Position numbers and translations under genes: made by a program
Notes under the pieces: model-generated
What the model was told of the DNA's origin: nothing
Databases searched by the model: none
What the model saw: the letters and a program-made list of their open reading frames with translations, nothing else
Virus record (IMG/VR): IMGVR_UViG_3300025389_000038
Location: 1-41,730 of that record
Direction: 5' to 3' (one strand)
Source: a virus
Taxonomy: Duplodnaviria; Caudoviricetes
Length of the DNA stretch: 41,730 bases
Part shown: positions 18,686-25,274 of the stretch, in pieces
Position numbering within the stretch: position 1 is the first letter of the stretch
How the letters are laid out: the number at the start of each line of letters is the position of its first letter

Positions 18686-19207
18686 TTATTCCTTGATGGT
18701 GGATAGATTGAAACTATCAGACATTACTTCTTGATAGTCAAAGTGTTTGCCAAAGCAGTCTTCAAAAAAGACCTCCTCTTGCGAGAAGCCTTGGATGGTG
18801 TTGTCGTAAATGAAGACCTTGCGCGGAACTGACAACTCGTTGCGTAAGAACTGATGGCCTTTGGTGGTGACTTGCCACAGACCGTCTGAGCGTTTTGTCT
18901 TGTCCTCGTTCTTTTCGACCTTGTAGATCAGATGCCAATGTTGCAAGAGCGAGTATGTCTTGCCACGCAGCATCCACGCAGGCGCGGCCTTTGGGACATT
19001 CACAAACCCGTTGTCATCAACAGGCTGGCGGGAGAGCCACAGCAAGGCCAGAGACATGGTTTCTGTGATGCCGTGACCGCTGATCTTGCCCCAGCGATCA
19101 CAGCAGGGGCAGCGCCCCCCTTCGTTCTCGATGGTCTCGCGCCAGTTGTCACGCAGCGTTTGGATGGCTGTCTCGCCAAACATGTCGATTTGTTTCATGT
19201 AACTCAT
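18686..19207 (-). CDS. Hypothetical protein with CPCC zinc motif and winged-helix-like C-terminus
   Basis: RCPCCDRW; GLWQVTTKGHQFL. Confidence 0.55.
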   Translation of the reverse strand: MSYMKQIDMFGETAIQTLRDNWRETIENEGGRCPCCDRWGKISGHGITETMSLALLWLSRQPVDDNGFVNVPKAAPAWMLRGKTYSLLQHWHLIYKVEKNEDKTKRSDGLWQVTTKGHQFLRNELSVPRKVFIYDNTIQGFSQEEVFFEDCFGKHFDYQEVMSDSFNLSTIKE

Positions 19208-19935
19208 GCTTCCTCCAGACCTGTGAGCATATCGGCGTTGGCGGCTTCCAAGGCGCGAACCCGCTCCTCTTTGGATTCTTCGTCAAACTTGGGCGACTTC
19301 TGGATTCTGGCGATCAAGTCGTTGAATCCTTGCAGCCACTCCTCTTTGGTCTCATAGGCTGCGTAAGGTTCTTCAGCGTTTGGAATCCAGAGTTTGTGGG
19401 GCAATTCCACGGTTTCAGCCTCGATGGTGTAGGGCTGCTTTACAGGCGCTATCTTGGGCCTGTCAAACTCCTGCACTTCCTCGACGCTGTAATGACCCAG
19501 AATACATGCAGGGAACACGGAACGAACCCCCCGTGATACAGCCCGTGACCGCAGCATGTCTTCCGGATACTTTGTCCAGCCACTACCTTCACGGTAGAGA
19601 CCGGCTTGTCTTGCCATCTCGATTGACCACTCTACCTTGAGTGAGCCACCGGCAGGGTGAGAGAACGTGCCAACGACCCTATGAGGCGACATTTCGTGCC
19701 ACTCGACCTTACCCCCTGCCTGCTGAAAACGAGCCAGCATAGCCTGCGATTTGAGGGCTGGGCGACCTTGGATGATGTCGTATTCCTGCACCACGGTGGC
19801 TGGGTGCTTGTTCTCGGCCTGCGCCACCAACATCACAGCCATGACCTGCTCCTCTGTTTTGAACCCGTAGAAACCTGATTTGACGATTGCCTTTGACATG
19901 ACCTGCATGTCAGCAACTGGTACTAGATTGCTCAT
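19204..19935 (-). CDS. Single-strand annealing recombinase, RecT/Bet-like
   Basis: IIQGRPALKSQAMLA, WSIEMARQAGL, WTKYPEDMLRSRAVS..G.YSVEE motifs; paired with YqaJ. Confidence 0.75.
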   Translation of the reverse strand: MSNLVPVADMQVMSKAIVKSGFYGFKTEEQVMAVMLVAQAENKHPATVVQEYDIIQGRPALKSQAMLARFQQAGGKVEWHEMSPHRVVGTFSHPAGGSLKVEWSIEMARQAGLYREGSGWTKYPEDMLRSRAVSRGVRSVFPACILGHYSVEEVQEFDRPKIAPVKQPYTIEAETVELPHKLWIPNAEEPYAAYETKEEWLQGFNDLIARIQKSPKFDEESKEERVRALEAANADMLTGLEEA

Positions 19936-20018
19936 GTGAACTTCTCCAAAAGAGTGATTAAGGTATCAATGACAGACGATACTGCCATGATGTATATCGC
20001 TATATCGCTAGTAGTCAT
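19932..20018 (-). CDS. 28-aa hydrophobic peptide (not in ORF track)
   Basis: MTTSDIAIYIMAVSSVIDTLITLLEKFT; ATGA overlaps with both neighbouring genes. Confidence 0.6.
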   Translation of the reverse strand: MTTSDIAIYIMAVSSVIDTLITLLEKFT

Positions 20019-20908
20019 TTGATTAAAAAACGGCGTGAACCTGTTTTTTCCATGATGAACTTGTTGTAAACGTCGGGCATGGCTGACTCAAACAGTTTGG
20101 AGTCAAACGATTTGGTTGGCTTGGCAGAGCGCCATGTTGCCAGCACGTTGCCTTCCAAAGACTGCAAAGAGCCGCACTCGCCCATGTAGCCTTGAATCAT
20201 TACCTGCAACTGCTCCTCTTGAGCCTCCAAAGCCTTGCGCTTCTCTTTGATTTCCTTGAGCAAAGAGCAAGCGTGTTCTACGCTTTTGGAGGCCAGTTTG
20301 GTATCTACCGTGGATTCAGGGTAGAGCAGTTTGGTTTGCTCTAAGGTTTCGGGCGGCAGGGTTGTGCCATTTCCAACGTGAGACCAAATCTCAGACATCT
20401 TGGCGATGTGGTCGGCCTTCATCTGATCTGTCACCTCGACAGGGATGATGACCAGTTCCTGACCCCCAAAGAGGACGGCAAGGTATACCTTAGACACGCC
20501 TACCACTGTGGCTTCGTGGACGCACTGTGCCATGTCTGCGGCAGGCATAAGGCCTGACTCGTCAAACTTGCTGCGTGTGCCTGCGTTGTAGTTCTTGCAC
20601 TCGACAAGGATGCGGCTGAAGTTCTCGAACCCTTCAAAGTCAATGTGGGTCTTAAGCCACGGATACTCAGGATGCGCATACATGCCGTCTTGTTTCTCTA
20701 GCATCATGTTCAGGCGCTGCGCTGCCAAGTGACCGATGACAGGCTCCATGATGTGACCCATCTGCACGGCTTCAACGTCTGACAGGTCGGGTATAGGCAT
20801 CTTGCCCAGTTTGGTAAGGATGACCTCGTTGGCCTTGCCGTTGGCAATCTTACGGGCATCGCCACTCCACATGGCAGAGTTACGCATTTCGGGTGTGAAA
20901 TCAGACAT
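20015..20908 (-). CDS. YqaJ-like (lambda exonuclease family) recombination exonuclease
   Basis: GH.MEPVI, HPEYPWL..HIDF, LVECKN, Q..H, YLAVLFGG motifs and C-terminal SRRF. Confidence 0.85.
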   Translation of the reverse strand: MSDFTPEMRNSAMWSGDARKIANGKANEVILTKLGKMPIPDLSDVEAVQMGHIMEPVIGHLAAQRLNMMLEKQDGMYAHPEYPWLKTHIDFEGFENFSRILVECKNYNAGTRSKFDESGLMPAADMAQCVHEATVVGVSKVYLAVLFGGQELVIIPVEVTDQMKADHIAKMSEIWSHVGNGTTLPPETLEQTKLLYPESTVDTKLASKSVEHACSLLKEIKEKRKALEAQEEQLQVMIQGYMGECGSLQSLEGNVLATWRSAKPTKSFDSKLFESAMPDVYNKFIMEKTGSRRFLIK

Positions 20909-21167
20909 GGCTTGGGTCTCCTGCTAAAAGGTCGCGCACTTCTTCTTCAGTTGCAAAAGGGATGCGCGGTGCAAAATTGATGGCCTCCTCACCGCACCTG
21001 CTGGCGATCATGCGTTCGCTGCCGCAATAGGGCAGCAGGTCGATGCGCGTGGGTTTGCCAGTTACGAGGGAGATTTGTCGCCCGAATGAACAACGCCCGA
21101 ATTCTGGGTTGTTGGGGTGTTCTGGGGGCATGGTGATGTGTACGCAATCTACGCAGTACTTGGACAT
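20901..21167 (-). CDS. Cys-containing hypothetical protein
   Basis: CVDCVH..C..SLVTG..C..ER..CGEEA..F; AAGGA SD. Confidence 0.6.
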   Translation of the reverse strand: MSKYCVDCVHITMPPEHPNNPEFGRCSFGRQISLVTGKPTRIDLLPYCGSERMIASRCGEEAINFAPRIPFATEEEVRDLLAGDPSHV

Positions 21168-21222
21168 AGGAAACTTCCTTTCGGTTATTGCACGATAGTG
21201 TGCGAGAAGATTATAACGTGAT

Positions 21223-21402
21223 TTACTTGAGTTTGTATTGTTTGATGATTTTTTTATGTTCCTCCTTGGGTTGTGTTGTTTCTGTGCGAATCAGGTCTTT
21301 CTTGAGTACTTCTCGCCATGCGTTGCGGCTGAACTCTGGTAGCGAATAACCTGCTTCCTCTTTGGCTTTCAGACGATAAGCCCATTCATGGTTGGGGTTC
21401 AT
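21223..21402 (-). CDS. 59-aa hypothetical protein (not in ORF track)
   Basis: MNPNHEWAYRLKAKEEAGYSLPEFSRNAWREVL...; ATGA coupling and AAGGAG SD. Confidence 0.55.
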   Translation of the reverse strand: MNPNHEWAYRLKAKEEAGYSLPEFSRNAWREVLKKDLIRTETTQPKEEHKKIIKQYKLK

Positions 21403-21593
21403 GTGTTCTTCTCCTTGAGTTGGTCGCGCCGACCCTCCCAGTTGCAGGTCAGGCAGGTTGCTGGTGAGTTCGAATCATACGGCTTCATGCTGTGTGAATA
21501 ATGTTCGCCCGTGTTGACCATGAACCTTTGGTGGTGCTCTGTAGTGACCTCTGAACTGTCACACTGCGGGCAGAGGTAAAATGTTTCGCTCAT
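21399..21593 (-). CDS. Zinc-ribbon small protein
   Basis: CPQC...CLTC; ATGA coupling. Confidence 0.6.
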   Translation of the reverse strand: MSETFYLCPQCDSSEVTTEHHQRFMVNTGEHYSHSMKPYDSNSPATCLTCNWEGRRDQLKEKNT

Positions 21594-21787
21594 GTGTTCT
21601 TATCCTTGAGTTTGTCTGCAACTGCCCATATTGCGCCTAAAGTTAGCGAACGGTTTTCACGCAAAAGTGTTTCTAATTCTTCGCCAGTCAAATCTACCCA
21701 TTCACGTTTGTAAATTTGTTCTTGTGGAATAACTTGAACAACAAGTTTTCCGTCTTCCATCCAGATTTTTGTTACATGAGTTGTCAT
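21590..21787 (-). CDS. Hypothetical protein
   Basis: EWVDLT.EE and KLKDKNT motifs common in phage accessory genes; AAGGAG SD. Confidence 0.6.
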   Translation of the reverse strand: MTTHVTKIWMEDGKLVVQVIPQEQIYKREWVDLTGEELETLLRENRSLTLGAIWAVADKLKDKNT

Positions 21788-21790
21788 GTC

Positions 21791-22495
21791 TTACTCCTTT
21801 ATGCCGTGGGCGGCTTCGATTGCTCTGGCAAAACGAGTTCTAAAGTCATTCACAATTCCGACCAAAGGCATATTTGACACTGTGTCGGCGATTTCATCAA
21901 TCTGCTCATCTGTCAGCGGCTTGCGGGGTTGTGGTTGGGTGTAGAGAGGAATGTGGTCGTGTTGAAAATAACCATCAACTTGTTTGCTTGTGTAAACAAT
22001 AAATTCATCTTCACTCATCCACGCCACAGGCTCACCCTGCTCTTGCTTGGGTTGTGGGTGGGTGTCAATACGACCAGTTGCAATGTAACAATCTAACTGT
22101 TCTTTGGTAACGTCACCATACTGTCGTATGTGGAATACAAGTTCATCCTGCCCTGCCTTGGTTTGTGGGTGAAAGTCGCTATGCTCTTTCATGGCTTCGC
22201 GGCTGAAAAAGCCGGACGTAGGCTCTTGCTTTGCCTTGGGTTGTGGGTGGGTGTAGAGAGCCATACCAACAGGCAATACCACAGATGCTTTGATTGGTGC
22301 GTAGGTAAAACGTCCACCGTAAACGCCAGTAACAAGCGCCACAGGCTTATCCTGCTCACGCTCTTTTGCTGCTGCACGTTCCTCCACCAGTTTGGCAAAG
22401 CGTTCAAGATATTTTGGTTCAACAAATCGAACCTCATACCCATTGTCATGTGCTCCAGCCTGTCTAGCTATCTCAATCATTTCATCTTTACTCAT
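21791..22495 (-). CDS. Mosaic accessory protein with repeated EPVAW/PLYT modules
   Basis: LERFAKLV, EPVAWM, PLYTQPQPRKPLTDEQI, FARAIEAAHGI; internal THPQPK repeats. Confidence 0.65.
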   Translation of the reverse strand: MSKDEMIEIARQAGAHDNGYEVRFVEPKYLERFAKLVEERAAAKEREQDKPVALVTGVYGGRFTYAPIKASVVLPVGMALYTHPQPKAKQEPTSGFFSREAMKEHSDFHPQTKAGQDELVFHIRQYGDVTKEQLDCYIATGRIDTHPQPKQEQGEPVAWMSEDEFIVYTSKQVDGYFQHDHIPLYTQPQPRKPLTDEQIDEIADTVSNMPLVGIVNDFRTRFARAIEAAHGIKE

Positions 22496-22764
22496 AGTTC
22501 ACTCACTTTCATTTTGTTTAGACAATAGTTTCCCCAAGGGTGAGAAGCCTCTCCCCCAAGCCCATGCGCGTAGCGCACTAGCTTCCCCATAAGGATGCGA
22601 TTCACTCGATAAGGGTCTTGTCTCACCATGTCCCCTTGTCTTGCCCGATACCTCGCACACAGTTCGGAAGGGTTACCAGCGGGGTGTGACGCTGCCCTAT
22701 GTTTCCTCCCTCGCCACCCATGTAGGTGCTTGCTTTCGTGAGGGGTACGGAAGTCGTCAGGGCA

Positions 22765-22860
22765 ATAAAAAAGCCGCTTAGTTATGCACTGGTCGAAACC
22801 CCGTGAACGGGGCAGTGCATAGTTAAGCGGCTTCATGTGTGTTGCTTTCGACGACAACGA
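22765..22860 (-). ncRNA. Candidate structured RNA (C4/CI antisense-like leader) ending in a terminator-like U tract
   Basis: Long hairpin 22771-22833 with TTTCGAC bulge complementary to the loop GTCGAAA of a small 5' hairpin; TTTTTT follows on the - strand. Confidence 0.55.
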
Positions 22861-22865
22861 TGTGG

Positions 22866-22896
22866 ATTATACAACAGACAATTTGGGCTTTGTCAA
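22866..22896 (-). promoter_or_regulatory. Putative sigma70 promoter
   Basis: Perfect TTGACA and TATAAT hexamers on the - strand with a 19-nt spacer. Confidence 0.6.
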
Positions 22897-23064
22897 GTCC
22901 TCTAATTGTCCAAGGTATTCAGCCCAGCGAAGCAAGTGCCAGTACATCACATCGTCACCGTGTCGCAGCTCAAAGGCTTTTTTTGCTTGTCTCCAGTTGT
23001 CCAGCGCAAGGCTTGCGTAAAGTTGTCCAAGGGCATCTGTCATTTTTTGGGGTTTGTGTTTCAT
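22867..23064 (-). CDS. Hypothetical protein
   Basis: GGAGAGG SD before ATG at 23064; ATGA coupling with upstream gene. Confidence 0.5.
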   Translation of the reverse strand: MKHKPQKMTDALGQLYASLALDNWRQAKKAFELRHGDDVMYWHLLRWAEYLGQLEDLTKPKLSVV

Positions 23065-23234
23065 TTTGGGACTACCTCTCCAAGGGTTAACAGGGCAATC
23101 ACAAAGCCAAAGGCCATGCTGCCCACCACCAGTAGGGCGATGTCGGATGCTCTCATGCGCGGGGCGATGTTGTCGCACTCGCATAATGGTTTTTCACACA
23201 TAAGTGGTGTGCACACTTTTCCACCTCTTGCCAT
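23061..23234 (-). CDS. 57-aa protein with C-terminal TM helix (not in ORF track)
   Basis: GAGGAG SD; MARGGKVCTPLMCEKPLCECDNIAPRMRASDIALLVVGSMAFGFVIALLTLGEVVPK. Confidence 0.5.
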   Translation of the reverse strand: MARGGKVCTPLMCEKPLCECDNIAPRMRASDIALLVVGSMAFGFVIALLTLGEVVPK

Positions 23235-23237
23235 TTT

Positions 23238-23474
23238 TTACTCCTCGTTAAAAATCAGGGTTTCGACAGCGCTATCGAATGCTTTGCGCGTGTCTTCTAT
23301 GAACTCAGCCACTTGGCCTAGCGGGTAGTTTTCGACCACCTCCCATAGTTCTATGGCTTCATGCGTCCAATCGTTAGGGACTGAGCGCATAGTCTCGATA
23401 ATTTCATCATAATCTTTGTCTTTGGGGTAGTCACAAAGCCATTGATTAAGGGCGAATCGTTCTGAGAGTTTCAT
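23238..23474 (-). CDS. Acidic hypothetical early protein
   Basis: GAGGAG SD; coupled to upstream ORF. Confidence 0.6.
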   Translation of the reverse strand: MKLSERFALNQWLCDYPKDKDYDEIIETMRSVPNDWTHEAIELWEVVENYPLGQVAEFIEDTRKAFDSAVETLIFNEE

Positions 23475-23641
23475 TTTGAATGCTCCTCTACTGATTCGAT
23501 TTGCCAGCAGTCTTGCGCGGCTGGTTCAAACTGCCCACCGTCCAAGTCGTGCGCGAGGGCTTGCGCCTCCTCTAGGCTTTCAGCCTCAATAAATACTTGG
23601 CAGTATGTGGAAAATGATGCTGTTACCTTGTATTCTTTCAT
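23471..23641 (-). CDS. 56-aa acidic protein, DpnD/PcfM-like (not in ORF track)
   Basis: MKEYKVTASFSTYCQVFIEAESLEEAQALA...; AGGAG SD. Confidence 0.6.
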   Translation of the reverse strand: MKEYKVTASFSTYCQVFIEAESLEEAQALAHDLDGGQFEPAAQDCWQIESVEEHSK

Positions 23642-23710
23642 GGTTAACTCTCCTATGATCGGGACAATTCCCGTATATAAGCCCGTTTTCAGGCTTATAA
23701 ACTGATATTG

Positions 23711-23980
23711 TCAAATAGTGCAACAACCACAACAAGGCGCATCAATACACCTGCCTGACTTGTTGCGGTAAAACTCGCGTGAACCTATGCGCAGGACGTG
23801 CGAGATATTATTGGGGTTCACCCGTGCATATACGGGTGGTGTCTCTTCGCCAAAATCACCCGGTTCTACGAACCACGCCTTACGGGTTATGGTGTCATAA
23901 GTAATTTCATCACCGGGGTTTATGGTGGCCCCGGATATGCTGCAGCGGCCCCGATACTTGGCAATCATTCGTTTTTGCAT
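23711..23980 (-). CDS. Early protein with C-terminal Cys cluster
   Basis: AKYRGRCSISGATINPGDEI...GRCIDAPCCGCCTI; AAGGGG SD. Confidence 0.65.
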   Translation of the reverse strand: MQKRMIAKYRGRCSISGATINPGDEITYDTITRKAWFVEPGDFGEETPPVYARVNPNNISHVLRIGSREFYRNKSGRCIDAPCCGCCTI

Positions 23981-23981
23981 G

Positions 23982-24215
23982 TCATATCCCCTTGTACTGG
24001 TGAAAATAACCGGGCATTCCTACAGCATAGGCAAAAACCTGCGCTGCAGCCCGGTCTGCTAGGTGTTGAATCAAGTAATTAGCCAGACGAACCGCATCAT
24101 CTGATTTTTGCTGTAGTGCGTAGTATTTGTCTGCAGCTATACCGGTCCCGATGTATTTAGCATGGACCCCTATATCTTTGCGCAGCTCTTTTGCGAGAAT
24201 TAACATCGATTTCAT
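23982..24215 (-). CDS. Hypothetical early protein
   Basis: AAAGGAG SD before ATG at 24215. Confidence 0.55.
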   Translation of the reverse strand: MKSMLILAKELRKDIGVHAKYIGTGIAADKYYALQQKSDDAVRLANYLIQHLADRAAAQVFAYAVGMPGYFHQYKGI

Positions 24216-24299
24216 GGATAGACTCTCCTTTGATTGATTGATGAATGACACCTAGTAGGTATCGCATAGCCCGGACCCGCCAAACTATACGCTAGCAAC

Positions 24300-24953
24300 T
24301 CATGCCACCTGCATCAGTCTAATAACGCGCTGCATTTTTGCACCATGCGCAGGGTATGCAATCAAAGGAATATCCTTATTCCAGCAAGCCCGGCAGCCAC
24401 TACATTTTCCCTCATGCTCATAAGCCCGGCATAAACTAGAACCTGCATGATCCGTATAGGTGGCAGCATCTGGCCCAATAACGCTGCCATGCAGGCCCGG
24501 TATATATTCACCGGTAATGCTATCGGAAGAGAATCGCACCATTACATTGTCCAATTGACGCATGGCATCGAACACCATACGGAATTTTGGGAATTTATGC
24601 ATTCTAGTAGGCAGCCAATGCTTACACCACGGGGTCTGGGTCATCACTTCTAGAATTTTCTCTGCTAGCGCTAAAGTGTAGACATCACCGGAATCGAACC
24701 AGCGAAAGTATCGATCCCGTTCTAGTTCTGCCACCATATCATCGCACCATGCTTCGCGCTGCCAATCGTTCCGATTAAATTCCCGTGGTGCTTTAACATT
24801 CGGATAATTGTAATTACCTGTAGTGGCATAGCAACCCTTACAAGCATCAACTAGAACACCCGGACTTGCAATAGAACCAGGGCATGTCTGAATAGCTTGC
24901 AAAGACCACGAACGGATCCCGTCTAGTTTAGAAGTTACAGATATTTTTTGCAT
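24300..24953 (-). CDS. GP88-family protein (Fe-S / radical-SAM-like)
   Basis: SWSL.A..TCPG..CKGCYA, FRWFDSGD, HWLPTR, N..VRFS, C.A....GKCSGCRACW..IAYPAH. Confidence 0.8.
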   Translation of the reverse strand: MQKISVTSKLDGIRSWSLQAIQTCPGSIASPGVLVDACKGCYATTGNYNYPNVKAPREFNRNDWQREAWCDDMVAELERDRYFRWFDSGDVYTLALAEKILEVMTQTPWCKHWLPTRMHKFPKFRMVFDAMRQLDNVMVRFSSDSITGEYIPGLHGSVIGPDAATYTDHAGSSLCRAYEHEGKCSGCRACWNKDIPLIAYPAHGAKMQRVIRLMQVA

Positions 24954-25174
24954 GGATAACTCTCCTTTGTTGATTACATGATGATAACGCGACAACTACA
25001 GTATCCGTTGACTGATTTACATATATTTACAATTGTAATATTTGCGGGACTAGTTCTATGATAGACTATATACTAACACTATCAATAATCTATGATAATA
25101 GTCTTAGTATCTGTATAGGAAACAGTCAATCGGTCAAAGGGTAATGAGGGGTAGATTTCACTCTCCGCTCACAG

Positions 25175-25274
25175 CATAGTTAGTACTCACTCACTTAGCT
25201 ATGTTAGTTAGTGCCCACTTACATAATTGTCAGTTAGCACTCACTTACATCTAAGTTAGTTGGTACTTACTTTG
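25175..25274. repeat. Array of four imperfect palindromes matching the SlmA-binding consensus
   Basis: Cores GTTAGTACTCAC (25179), GTTAGTGCCCAC (25207), GTTAGCACTCAC (25233), GTTGGTACTTAC (25259); spacing 28/26/26 nt. Confidence 0.7.

Noticed and set aside
22494-22510. Fifth SlmA-like site (AAGTGAGTGAACTAT on the - strand)
   Set aside because: Only a half-site match, and it coincides with the ribosome-binding region of the downstream gene.
22492-22857. 121-aa - strand ORF as a protein gene
   Set aside because: No SD, it runs through a terminator-like hairpin, and its composition is atypical; better explained as structured RNA, though not excluded.
25175-25274. Mini-CRISPR array
   Set aside because: Units are degenerate, the period is only 26-28 nt with no room for spacers, and there are no cas genes.
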